This document shows, one piece after another, positions 18,981 through 27,612 of a DNA stretch of 57,337 nucleotides (position 1 is its first letter; the number at the start of each line of letters is the position of its first letter). Where the stretch lies: NCBI GenBank assembly GCA_036169915.1, contig JAVHOF010000037.1, positions 1 through 57,337 on the forward strand, in the 5' to 3' direction. Below the pieces are notes generated by a model. The model was not told where the DNA came from, ran no database searches, and saw nothing but the letters and a program-made list of their open reading frames with translations. The translations under genes and the position numbers were made by a program. Source of the stretch: Candidatus Pacearchaeota archaeon. GTDB lineage: Archaea > Nanobdellota > Nanobdellia > Pacearchaeales > GW2011-AR1.

Positions 18981-19577
18981 TTATTTTCTATGTGCTCGAA
19001 TACCTAAAGTCTTATGCACATACATTTTTCTCACACTCGGTCTTGCTTTATTTGTTGGACTTTTGCTTCTTAATCCTCTTGATTTTTTTCCAGCAGAGGT
19101 TAAGCCTCTATAAACTCTGTGTCTATTATTACTTCTGCATATCCAGTTTATTGTTCTGTCATTTTTAATTTCAGGTCTTGTAAAATCAACTAGAATAACT
19201 TCAAAGAAATAATGTTTTCCATCTTTTCCAAGATTGTAGCTATTTAGAACTTCTAAGTTTGGAAAATGTTTTTGAGCTCTTTGTTCAGCAACCCATCTAT
19301 AGCTCATTTTAACATTTTTTATAATAGTATGTCTTTTTGACCTTCTTCCTTTATTTGTTCTTGGTCTTTGTCTTCCTCCTCTTTGAACTTTTACTCTTGC
19401 AACAACAAATCCTGTTTTTGCTTTATATCCAAGAGTTCTTGCTCTGTCAAGTCTAGTTGGTTTTTCTAGTTTAACAACTGAATTACCAGCTCTCCAGGCA
19501 ATCATTAGTTCTCTTAATCTTTTTTCATCTGGTTTTTTCCAGGCTTCTCTTAAATGATAATACAATCCATTTGTCAT
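18981..19577 (-). CDS. rpl15e: 50S ribosomal protein L15e
   Basis: A highly basic protein with the L15e-type sequence YHLREAWKKP...RLDRARTLGYKAK.GFVVARVKVQRGG. Confidence 0.9.
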   Translation of the reverse strand: MTNGLYYHLREAWKKPDEKRLRELMIAWRAGNSVVKLEKPTRLDRARTLGYKAKTGFVVARVKVQRGGRQRPRTNKGRRSKRHTIIKNVKMSYRWVAEQRAQKHFPNLEVLNSYNLGKDGKHYFFEVILVDFTRPEIKNDRTINWICRSNNRHRVYRGLTSAGKKSRGLRSKSPTNKARPSVRKMYVHKTLGIRAHRK

Positions 19578-19735
19578 AAATGTTTTAGAGAAAATTGGTT
19601 TAAAAACCTAATGGTTTTTAAATCAAAGAAAAACTTAGGTTTTTCTGTGTCCTAAAATTCTTTGAATTTTTTGGCATTCAAAATCTTTGATGAGATAAGA
19701 TAGGTTTTATATTTCTCAAATTGTCTTTAAAAACC

Positions 19736-19744
19736 TTTAAATAA
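19736..19744 (+). promoter_or_regulatory. Putative TATA box for tRNA-Ile
   Basis: TTTAAATAA is centred about 28 nt upstream of the first tRNA nucleotide. Confidence 0.4.
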
Positions 19745-19767
19745 CATTAGTTTTTAGATATTTATAT

Positions 19768-19843
19768 GAGGCTGTAGCTCAGCCCGGTTTAGAGCACCGC
19801 TCTGATAAGGCGGGGGTCCCAAGTTCAAATCTTGGCAGCCTCA
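19768..19843 (+). tRNA. tRNA-Ile (anticodon GAU)
   Basis: Manual cloverleaf: acceptor GAGGCUG/CAGCCUC, D arm GCUC..GAGC, anticodon stem CCGCU/GGCGG with loop CUGAUAA, T arm CCAAG-UUCAAAU-CUUGG, discriminator A. CCA is not encoded. Confidence 0.9.
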
Positions 19844-19953
19844 TATTTTAAAAAGTTTCTGCCAAGATTTTTCAAATAATTCTATTCGATAAAATAGAAT
19901 TGAAGTCACCAAAAATAGTATTAATTTTTGAGTGTTTGGCAGCCTCATATTTT
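19832..19953 (+). repeat. 18-nt perfect direct repeat of the tRNA-Ile 3' end, with a hairpin-containing spacer
   Basis: TTGGCAGCCTCATATTTT occurs at 19832-19849 and again at 19936-19953. The spacer contains CTGCCAAG, an inverted copy of CTTGGCAG, and the palindrome AATTCTATT-CGATAA-AATAGAATT. Confidence 0.85.
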
Positions 19954-20005
19954 TCGTAACCTTTTTATAACCTATTTACATTTAATTTTAAAAGAGAGTG
20001 CATAT

Positions 20006-20620
20006 GTGAGTAGTAAATTTCATAATTGGTGGTTAGAAATAAAAAAGAATAAGAGGAAATTAATAATCTCTTTGTTCTTTCTAATAATAGCTATAGCTTT
20101 ATATAGCCTTTCTTTGGATTATTTAAAAGATCATAAAGGATTTGCTGTTTCTCCAGATCTTATTTTAGATAATTTCGGACCTTATAATTTAGGTTATATT
20201 TATATTTGGCTTTTTATTGCAATAGTTGTTATATTTTTTATTTATCCTTTAATCTTTAAACCGCATGAATTGCATTATGCAATTAGTATGTTTAGTCTAT
20301 TTCTTATAGTAAGATCTGGTTTTGTTATTTTTACACATTTGCAGATTCCAGCTGATGCAATTGATGTTTCATTTCCAGGAATTTTAAGAATATTTAATTC
20401 TACAAATGATTTATTTTTTTCAGGTCATGCAGGTTTGCCTTTTTTAGGATTTTTAATATTTAATGATAGTAAGAAAATGAAATATTTTATGTTAATCTCT
20501 TCTATAGTCTTAGCCATAACAGTACTTGTTATGCATGTACACTATTCTATTGATGTTTTAAGTGCCTTTTTTATAACTTATGGAGTTTATGTAATAGGAA
20601 ATAAATTTATGAAGAAATAA
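20006..20620 (+). CDS. PAP2_C / sphingomyelin-synthase-like membrane protein
   Basis: A multi-TM protein with the motifs FFSGHAG and HVHYSIDV..AFFITYG, which match the SGH and HY.xDV motifs. The start is uncertain: GTG at 20006 or TTG at 19928. Confidence 0.6.
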   Translation: MSSKFHNWWLEIKKNKRKLIISLFFLIIAIALYSLSLDYLKDHKGFAVSPDLILDNFGPYNLGYIYIWLFIAIVVIFFIYPLIFKPHELHYAISMFSLFLIVRSGFVIFTHLQIPADAIDVSFPGILRIFNSTNDLFFSGHAGLPFLGFLIFNDSKKMKYFMLISSIVLAITVLVMHVHYSIDVLSAFFITYGVYVIGNKFMKK

Positions 20621-20624
20621 AAAA

Positions 20625-21233
20625 ATGTTTACTAATTTTTCATCAGTTTTGGACTTTGTAAAATCAAGCAGTTATTTTTTAATTTTTATTGCAATGATAA
20701 TTGAAGGTCCTATGGTAACTGCTTCTGCAGCATTTGCAGCGTCTCTTGGATATCTTAATATATATCTGATATTTGTATTATCTTTATTGGGAGATTTGAC
20801 AGGAGACATTATTCATTATTATTTTGGAAGACTTTTAAGGAAGACAGTTATTGAAAGGTATATCAAAAAGAAGGGTATAAACAATAGCCAGATTAAAAAA
20901 CTAGATGAAAAAATACATAATAATCTTTGGAAATCAATGATGTTGATTAAAATGACCCCTCCCCTTTCAACACCTGGGCTTTTATTGATAGGTGCTTCAA
21001 GAGTTCCTGTTTTAAGATATATGATAATTTCTCTTATTACAATTCTTCCTTTAACTATTTTTTATACAGCATTAGGATTTTATTTTGGTTTTGCAGCGAA
21101 AACTATTTTAGATTATTTTAAGATTGGAGAATATGCCTTATTTTTTGTAATATTAATAGTGATTATATTTCTGTTATACAGGCTTGTTTATAAAAAAGTA
21201 ATGGCAAAAATAAAAAATTGGTTAAAATTATAA
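20625..21233 (+). CDS. DedA/VTT-family membrane protein
   Basis: The sequence EGPMVTASAAFAASLGYLN...LLGDLTGDIIHYYFGR is typical of the DedA family. Confidence 0.7.
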   Translation: MFTNFSSVLDFVKSSSYFLIFIAMIIEGPMVTASAAFAASLGYLNIYLIFVLSLLGDLTGDIIHYYFGRLLRKTVIERYIKKKGINNSQIKKLDEKIHNNLWKSMMLIKMTPPLSTPGLLLIGASRVPVLRYMIISLITILPLTIFYTALGFYFGFAAKTILDYFKIGEYALFFVILIVIIFLLYRLVYKKVMAKIKNWLKL

Positions 21234-21255
21234 ATTGAATAAGACATTTGATAAA

Positions 21256-22446
21256 ATGAAAAAATTGAATATTGCAATTGTATGTGATGGGGTTACAAGC
21301 ACAACTGCAGGTTCATTTATATCTACATTAAGATTTTCAGAAATTTTGAGAAAAAGAGGGCATAAGATAATATTTATTACTTCAAAAAAACAAGGAGAAA
21401 AAAATATAACTCATTATAATAAAATAAAAGTTTACAGATTTTTTTCACTTCTTCTTCCAAAAACAGAAGGTCAGTTGTATATTTCTTTTCCTACTGCTTC
21501 AAAAATAGAAAAAATTTTAAGAAAAGAAAAAATAGATATACTGCATATAATGATTCCTACTCCTTCTTCAGCAGCTGCAGTAAAAGCAGCAAAAAGACTT
21601 AAAATAAAAATAGTATCTCATTCTCATACCCAACCAGAAAACTTGTTTTTACATTTACCTAAATTTCTTCCATTAAAAATGATAAATAATATTTTTTATA
21701 AGTATATGATAGGGATATATAAAAATGCTGATATTATAATATGTCCATCTAAATTTGCAGAAAGAGCTTTAAAAAAACATAATTCTGAATTAAATACAGT
21801 TATAATAAGCAATGGAGCGAATCTTTCAAAATTTGAGAGAATAGATGCAGAACCGTTTCTTAAAAAATTTAATATTCCTTTGGATAGTAAAAAATTAGTT
21901 TTTGTTGGAAGGCTTCATCCTGAAAAAAAGGTAGATACATTAGTGAAAGCAATGCCTTATATTATAAAAGAATATAAAAAAGTTCATGCAATTATTGTCG
22001 GATTTGGTTATATGTATGATCCTTTAAAAAGATTATCAAAAAAACTTAATATTGAAAAGTATATAACTTTCTGTGGAAAGATTTCAGATGAAGAATTAAG
22101 AATGGCTTATAGTTCTGGGGATATATTTGTTTTGCCTTCTTTAGCAGAGCTTGAGGGAATGGCAGTTTTAGAGGCTATGTCATGCAAGAATCCTATTTTA
22201 ATTGCAAATTCCAAAGAAAGTGCTTCTGTTGATTTTGTTGATGGTAATGGTTTTTTATTTAAACCTGAAAATCCAAAAGATCTTGCTGAAAAAGTGTTAA
22301 GATTACTTAAAAATGAAAAATTGAGAAAATCAATGTCTTTGAAAAGTTTTGAAAATAGCAGGAATTATGATATAAATAAAAGCGTTGATAAACTAGAGAA
22401 TCTGTATTATTCTTTATTAGATGGAAGAAAAATATCTGGGAATTAA
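21256..22446 (+). CDS. Family 4 glycosyltransferase (GT-B fold)
   Basis: An E-x7-E-type motif is present (ELEGMAVLEAMSCKNPIL) after FVGRLHPEKK. I prefer the ATG at 21256 (MKKLNIAIV) to the TTG at 21235. Confidence 0.8.
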   Translation: MKKLNIAIVCDGVTSTTAGSFISTLRFSEILRKRGHKIIFITSKKQGEKNITHYNKIKVYRFFSLLLPKTEGQLYISFPTASKIEKILRKEKIDILHIMIPTPSSAAAVKAAKRLKIKIVSHSHTQPENLFLHLPKFLPLKMINNIFYKYMIGIYKNADIIICPSKFAERALKKHNSELNTVIISNGANLSKFERIDAEPFLKKFNIPLDSKKLVFVGRLHPEKKVDTLVKAMPYIIKEYKKVHAIIVGFGYMYDPLKRLSKKLNIEKYITFCGKISDEELRMAYSSGDIFVLPSLAELEGMAVLEAMSCKNPILIANSKESASVDFVDGNGFLFKPENPKDLAEKVLRLLKNEKLRKSMSLKSFENSRNYDINKSVDKLENLYYSLLDGRKISGN

Positions 22447-23224
22447 GAATAGAATCTTTTATAGGAAAAATAAATTTAATCCTAAACATAAAACTCTTGT
22501 TTTTGTTCATGGACTTTCAGGAAGCTCTTCTGCATGGGTTAATTATGAAAAAAGATTTGAAAAAGAATTTAATGTATTGACATTTGATTTAAGAGGTCAT
22601 GGGAAGTCATTTAGACCTGAAAAGATTTCAGAATATTCAATTGAAAAATTTTCAGAAGATCTTTACAGCCTAGTTAGACACGAAAAGATTTCAGATTTTA
22701 TTTTAATAGGGCATTCTTTGGGAAATTTGATTGTTCTAGATTTCTTAAAAAAACATCAAAATTTAGTAAGATCTGTAATTTTTATAGGGGCAGAATATGC
22801 ACCTTCAAAAAGAAAGTTTAGCAAAATAATAACTCCTCTTTTTCTTATCACGCCTATTTTGAATTTTTTTGGATTAAAAAAGAAATTTGGTCAGGTAGAT
22901 TATTCAAATTATAAAAAAACAGGAGACTGGAATATCAGAAGAATGCATGCTGATATTAAGAATACAGGTTTGAAAAGCTATATTTATTCAACAAAACATG
23001 CTTATGGTTTTAATGCAGAAAATTATCTTTCTAAGATAAAAATTCCTGTTTTGATAATACATGGAGATAAAGATACTATTTTTCCTATTTCTTCTGCTAG
23101 AAAAATGACATCAAAAATAAAAAGCTCTAAGTTAGTATTATTTAAGGGCGCAGACCATATAATCCCTTTAAATTACTATGAAAAATTGTCAAAGGAAATT
23201 GAAAAATTTGCCAGAATACATTAG
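22421..23224 (+). CDS. Alpha/beta-fold hydrolase
   Basis: The oxyanion region is HGLSGSS, the nucleophile elbow is GHSLGN, and the C-terminal motifs are HGDKD and ADH. Confidence 0.75.
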   Translation: MEEKYLGIKNRIFYRKNKFNPKHKTLVFVHGLSGSSSAWVNYEKRFEKEFNVLTFDLRGHGKSFRPEKISEYSIEKFSEDLYSLVRHEKISDFILIGHSLGNLIVLDFLKKHQNLVRSVIFIGAEYAPSKRKFSKIITPLFLITPILNFFGLKKKFGQVDYSNYKKTGDWNIRRMHADIKNTGLKSYIYSTKHAYGFNAENYLSKIKIPVLIIHGDKDTIFPISSARKMTSKIKSSKLVLFKGADHIIPLNYYEKLSKEIEKFARIH

Positions 23225-23235
23225 CTTTTTTGATT

Positions 23236-23895
23236 TTATCTTTCCTGCATTTCAATAATTAAATTACCTTCTTTTAAACCATAGCCAAGAATAGGCAGTT
23301 TCATGTTCAAGATTTTTGAATATATTTTTTTATCAGAAATAGCTTTTATTTCAATTGAGTTTTCAAGATTATTTATAAAAACATCTTCTATGTGATTAAC
23401 ACCCGGGACTTCTAGTTCATAAACAATTTTGCCATCAACTCTTCTGATTTTTGAAGATGGCTCTTCTCTAGGAAGTTTTGCAAGTTTTTCTTTATTTTTT
23501 TCAGAAATTACTTTTGGCTTTTTTATAATCTCTGTCTTTCTTGTTTGTCTTTTTTCAGGAAAAACTCTTTTTCCATTCACAAAAAATTGCACTTCTAGAT
23601 TTCCAGTGTTGCGAGAAGGTTGGATTCTTGATTCTGAAAATTCTTTGTTTAATTCAGGAAGGCTTTTCATCTGCTTTTCAATAATTTTTTCAGCCATTTT
23701 AAAGGCATTATCAAATATTTTATCCATAAAAGAACCGCCCATATCTAAACTTTTTTCACTTATAAAATCGTTTTTTCCTAAGATTCCAAAATCTTCTTTA
23801 TCATATTTAGACTCTTGATTAAGACCGCAATATGGACAAAGATTGTATTCTTTTTCAATCTTTTTTTTACACTTAGAACATGTTTTTTTGAACAT
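23236..23895 (-). CDS. Zinc-ribbon protein with a C-terminal Hsp20/alpha-crystallin-like domain
   Basis: The N-terminal zinc ribbon is CSKCKKK..CPYCG. The C-terminus (YELEVPGVNHIEDVFINNLENSIEIKA...GNLIIEM) resembles an ACD beta-sandwich. Confidence 0.55.
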   Translation of the reverse strand: MFKKTCSKCKKKIEKEYNLCPYCGLNQESKYDKEDFGILGKNDFISEKSLDMGGSFMDKIFDNAFKMAEKIIEKQMKSLPELNKEFSESRIQPSRNTGNLEVQFFVNGKRVFPEKRQTRKTEIIKKPKVISEKNKEKLAKLPREEPSSKIRRVDGKIVYELEVPGVNHIEDVFINNLENSIEIKAISDKKIYSKILNMKLPILGYGLKEGNLIIEMQER

Positions 23896-24000
23896 TTTAT
23901 AAAATAGTAGTAAGAGATATAGAAAAGTTCAGTTTAAATATTTTTGTATGTTAAAAACTAGGATGATAAGGTTTTTTAATAGCTAATTTTTTATATTATA

Positions 24001-24783
24001 ATGGAAAAAGAAGGTAATGATTTGAAAGAAGAATTAATCAAGAAATATAACATTGATACAGGAAAAAGTATTAAACCTCCACATTTAGATGATGAACAAA
24101 GAAAAACTTTATCATCTTTTTCCTGTCCCAAAAAATCTTCTAAATATGAAGGATTTTTTGATATTGAGAAGCTTAAGCAGGAACAGATAAAGTTATCCAA
24201 AGAGATTGTTGTAAAAGATAAAATTGATTTTAAACTCGCTGACAGATTTGGTGCAGTTGATAATACTTTTATCAATAATAAAATTTTATGTTCTATGATT
24301 GTTTGTGATAAGGACTTTAAAATTATAGACCGGGCTTATGTGTTTGAAAAAGTTAAATTCCCTTATATACCTGGATTTAGAAATTATAGAGAGTTGGTTC
24401 CAATGACTCTTGCTTTTGAAAAACTTAGTGAGAGGCCTGATGTTTTTTTTGTTCCTGCACAAGGAATTGCTCATCAAAGGCTTGGACTTGCAAGCCATTT
24501 TAGTTTGGCAACAGGAATTCCAACAATAGGATTGTCAAACTCTGTTGTTGATTGCGAAGTTAATGGGGATTATATTCTAAAAAATGGGAAAAAAGTAGGA
24601 AAAACTCTTGTAAGCAAAGAAGGAAGCAGACCAATGTATATAAGTCCTGGAAATTTAATTTCAATTGAAAGCGCTTATGAATTATCAAAAAAATTGATTG
24701 TACTTCCTCATAAATATCCAGAGCCAATGCATCTTGCTGGAAAATATTTAAGAGAAGTAATAAAAGAGATTAATGTGAAATAA
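24001..24783 (+). CDS. nfi: Endonuclease V, with an N-terminal extension of about 55 aa
   Basis: Core motifs are present: GAVDNTF, FPYIPGFRNYRE, PDVFFVPAQGIAHQRLGLASHF and IPTIGLS. Confidence 0.85.
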   Translation: MEKEGNDLKEELIKKYNIDTGKSIKPPHLDDEQRKTLSSFSCPKKSSKYEGFFDIEKLKQEQIKLSKEIVVKDKIDFKLADRFGAVDNTFINNKILCSMIVCDKDFKIIDRAYVFEKVKFPYIPGFRNYRELVPMTLAFEKLSERPDVFFVPAQGIAHQRLGLASHFSLATGIPTIGLSNSVVDCEVNGDYILKNGKKVGKTLVSKEGSRPMYISPGNLISIESAYELSKKLIVLPHKYPEPMHLAGKYLREVIKEINVK

Positions 24784-24867
24784 TATATCTATAATCTTAT
24801 ATAATATCTGAGATTTAATTAAGTGATAGTTTTCTTTTTATGCTTAACTTCATATATAACAAAATAA

Positions 24868-26244
24868 TCATTTAACCCAGTGAAATGCATGATTATTATA
24901 AAAATATAAATGATGCCTGAAAAATTGATATCTGAATAAATATCTGAATTCAAACTTTTTCTTTTGTTTTACTTCTTTTATTTTAGGTGTCATTATAAGA
25001 GCTACTAATAATCTTAAAATTCCTGAAATTAGAAATATGAATAAGATGTGATTCATGAAATTAATTGTTAGATTGCTGACTAAAATTGCACCTATTCCTG
25101 CTCCAATAAAAACTGCAAATCCATTTAATAGGTCATAATAGGAAAGTGCAAGGCTTCTTCTTTGAGTGCTTACGCAGTCAAAGACATAGTTTGAAGCTGC
25201 TAGATTAAATCCACCCCAAGCAATGCCACTTATTAGCTGTGGAACTAACACTAGGTAAATAGGAGAACTTGAAAATAACCATAATGCTGGAATAAAAGCT
25301 ATGAGTATAGATGTTATTTTTAATATCTCATAATTTCCATATTTATCTGAAAACCTGCCCCAGAATCTTATTACTACCATTGTGAAAAGGGTTTGAGATA
25401 TTACAACTATCATTAGAGTCAAATAGCTGAATTTTAGATTTCTAATCATATAGACGACAAAGAAAGGACTTGCAACCATTGTTGCACAGTTTACAAGAGC
25501 TCTGAAAATAGAAAATCTTCCAAAGTTATTAAATGGAGCTTTTTTAATAAAACTGGTAAAACTAAAATAATATCCTTTTTCTATTTTAAATTCAGGTTCG
25601 TATTGCTTGCTTAGGAAATATCTGGAGATTGTTCTTGAAATTATTGCAATTATAAACAAGATTATAAATCCGAATATAGTCCAGTTATTTTTTTTAAGAA
25701 AATCAAGAAATATTGCTGCAGATATTGTACATATTAAACTGACAGCTCCAAAAATTAGGTTTCTTTTTGCAAACCATCTTCCCCTATGTTTTTCATCAAT
25801 TATATCCCCTATCCATGAAAACCATGCAGGTGCTCCTGCATTTGCACATATGACATAGAGTGAAAAAAATAGTAAAAGCATTAGTGGAAGAAGATTAACA
25901 ATAGTCCCAAAATAATAAAGAAGAGCTATAATAATTAATGGAATCCATGTTAAAATTTCAAAAAAAACTGTTTTTAAAACAATATTTTTTCTTTTGTTTT
26001 TTTCTATAAGAGTAGAGCTGTACCATTCACTCATAGGCCCTAATAATCCTGGGATGGAAGAGAACATTGCAATCAGAGAATCGCTTGAATTAATTGCAAT
26101 TGCAAATGGGATTATGTAATTATTAACAATAGAATCTTTTATTGTTGAAAAAAATCCATCTTTAATGCTGTATTCTCTTGATTTTTCTATTGAATCTTCA
26201 ATATTCATTGTTTTTTTGTTGTCTCTTTTTTTCATATTTTTCAA
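24868..26244 (-). CDS. MFS-type transporter
   Basis: There are about 12 predicted TM segments arranged as two halves around a central loop. Confidence 0.65.
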   Translation of the reverse strand: MKNMKKRDNKKTMNIEDSIEKSREYSIKDGFFSTIKDSIVNNYIIPFAIAINSSDSLIAMFSSIPGLLGPMSEWYSSTLIEKNKRKNIVLKTVFFEILTWIPLIIIALLYYFGTIVNLLPLMLLLFFSLYVICANAGAPAWFSWIGDIIDEKHRGRWFAKRNLIFGAVSLICTISAAIFLDFLKKNNWTIFGFIILFIIAIISRTISRYFLSKQYEPEFKIEKGYYFSFTSFIKKAPFNNFGRFSIFRALVNCATMVASPFFVVYMIRNLKFSYLTLMIVVISQTLFTMVVIRFWGRFSDKYGNYEILKITSILIAFIPALWLFSSSPIYLVLVPQLISGIAWGGFNLAASNYVFDCVSTQRRSLALSYYDLLNGFAVFIGAGIGAILVSNLTINFMNHILFIFLISGILRLLVALIMTPKIKEVKQKKKFEFRYLFRYQFFRHHLYFYNNHAFHWVK

Positions 26245-26284
26245 CTCTTTTTAGACAATTGATTTTCTTTAATATTATTGTGAG

Positions 26285-26641
26285 TCATGTAAGATGTTTA
26301 ATTTTAGGAATGATAAATATTGCAAAAAGAAATCCGATTAGTCCTATTAGGCTTATTAGGAAAAGATAAAATAATGCATAGGTCTTGTCTGAATACATTT
26401 GATTATTTGCTTCATTTTTCTGCTGATTATCTTGAGTAGACATTTTTATATTTGAGGAGTTTGTATTAATATTTTTTGTTTCATTATCTGATATTGCAAA
26501 ACCTGTAAATTTTTGATTATTATAGCCTTTTGAATCTTTCAAAATGTTTATGAAATTGCTGAATATTAATATTAATGTTATTGCAATCAACATATACATT
26601 ATCTTTCTATAATGTTTTGATTTTAATATTTTTTTTATCAT
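26285..26641 (-). CDS. Membrane protein with N- and C-terminal TM helices
   Basis: ORF in the track. Its start overlaps the stop of the upstream small AbrB-like ORF (ATGA). Confidence 0.45.
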   Translation of the reverse strand: MIKKILKSKHYRKIMYMLIAITLILIFSNFINILKDSKGYNNQKFTGFAISDNETKNINTNSSNIKMSTQDNQQKNEANNQMYSDKTYALFYLFLISLIGLIGFLFAIFIIPKIKHLT

Positions 26642-26799
26642 TTTTTACCCCCTGTTTTTTTAATATCTTCAGAATCAAAATCAAGTGCAAGAAAATCTCC
26701 TTCGGTGAGAGAGAATCTTTCAATAGTTTCCATTGGAATTGTGATTACGTAAGAATTTCCCACTTTTCTTAATTTTGCATCAAACTTTCTTTTAACCAT
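26638..26799 (-). CDS. AbrB/SpoVT/MazE-type small DNA-binding protein (53 aa; not in the track)
   Basis: My own translation is MVKRKFDAKLRKVGNSYVITIPMETIERFSLTEGDFLALDFDSEDIKKTGGKK*. VGNSYVITIP...L..GD is the swapped-hairpin AbrB signature. The stop and the downstream start overlap as ATGA. Confidence 0.65.
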   Translation of the reverse strand: MVKRKFDAKLRKVGNSYVITIPMETIERFSLTEGDFLALDFDSEDIKKTGGKK

Positions 26800-26926
26800 C
26801 TTTTTATGTATATACTTAGTATATACTAGTATTTAAATCTTTTTCTGCATATATTTTTATGTATATACAAAAGATATACATATTTAAAAAGATTGTGTTT
26901 TTTTTGAAGAATTTTGTAGAAAGAGA

Positions 26927-27024
26927 ATGCACCATGCGGTCCTCGAGAATTCTAAAAGAATTCTCGGGAACTTCAAAACTAGGTTTTGAAGTGAATTCTT
27001 CCCGCATGAATATGCACCATGCGG
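26927..27024 (-). repeat. 13-nt perfect direct repeat of the tRNA-Gly 3' end, bounding a Y-shaped palindromic element
   Basis: ATGCACCATGCGG occurs at 26927-26939 and again at 27012-27024. Between the copies lie two 9-bp hairpins (CGAGAATTC/GAATTCTCG and CTTCAAAAC/GTTTTGAAG), closed by a 7-bp stem (CATGCGG/CCGCATG). Confidence 0.85.
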
Positions 27025-27083
27025 GAATCGAACCCGCGTCACAAGCTTGGGAAGCTCGAATTCTACCACTAAACTAATGATGC
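27013..27083 (-). tRNA. tRNA-Gly (anticodon CCC)
   Basis: Reverse complement: GCAUCAU-UA-GUUU..-CGAGC-UUCCCAA-GCUUG-UGAC-GCGGG-UUCGAUU-CCCGC-AUGGUGC-A. The acceptor stem has 7 bp including one G-U pair. Confidence 0.9.
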
Positions 27084-27102
27084 TTTTGTTTTATCTTTTT
27101 AT

Positions 27103-27345
27103 TTATTTTGATTTCTTTTTAAAATATAACATTATCAAAACAATTCCTGATAAAACCAGAGTAGACAGTTCATAGTAAATAGTTTGCGAGCTTGTTTGAT
27201 ATTCATTTACAACTAATACTAGAACTCCTAATATGTAAGCTATTACAAATAAAGGCTTGATATCTTTTTTACCTTTCCATAGATAAAAAATTTCTATAAG
27301 CCAGGCAATTGCAATTATTGACAGCCCTATTTCAACTAATCCCAT
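27103..27345 (-). CDS. Small membrane protein with three TM helices
   Basis: ORF in the track with strongly hydrophobic segments. Confidence 0.45.
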   Translation of the reverse strand: MGLVEIGLSIIAIAWLIEIFYLWKGKKDIKPLFVIAYILGVLVLVVNEYQTSSQTIYYELSTLVLSGIVLIMLYFKKKSK

Positions 27346-27383
27346 TTTTTCATCTCCTTTTTATTTCATTTTAAGAATTTTTT

Positions 27384-27605
27384 TTATTCTATTAATTTTA
27401 TTGCACCTTTTTCACAAGCATTTACACAAGCTCCACAACTTATGCATTTATCTTTGTGAAAGATTACCTGCTTTTTTCTTTCCAATGCTTGAACAGGACA
27501 TATTTCAACACATCCCTCACATTTTGTTTTTGTTCCGCCACAGCTACACCTTATGCATTTTCCGTTTTTCCAACAGCATTTTTTATAATCTATTATTATA
27601 GGCAT
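27384..27605 (-). CDS. 4Fe-4S ferredoxin-domain protein
   Basis: The motif CISCGACVNAC is present together with CEGCVEICP and extra N-terminal cysteines. The gene starts 8 nt after the gatB stop. Confidence 0.7.
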   Translation of the reverse strand: MPIIIDYKKCCWKNGKCIRCSCGGTKTKCEGCVEICPVQALERKKQVIFHKDKCISCGACVNACEKGAIKLIE

Positions 27606-27612
27606 TTTATAA

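Noticed and set aside
19850-27012. Possible integrated genomic island between tRNA-Ile and tRNA-Gly, since both carry att-like 3'-end repeats
   Set aside because: The duplicated tRNA ends lie only 85-104 bp from their own tRNAs, not at the far end of the interval. No integrase, transposase or phage-like genes are visible. The gene content (endonuclease V, MFS transporter, lipid enzymes) looks chromosomal.
26816-27077. Three short ORFs (26816..27007, 26859..27077, 26884..27069) over the tRNA-Gly region
   Set aside because: They run through a tRNA gene and the palindromic element next to it. The tRNA and the repeat structure explain the region better.
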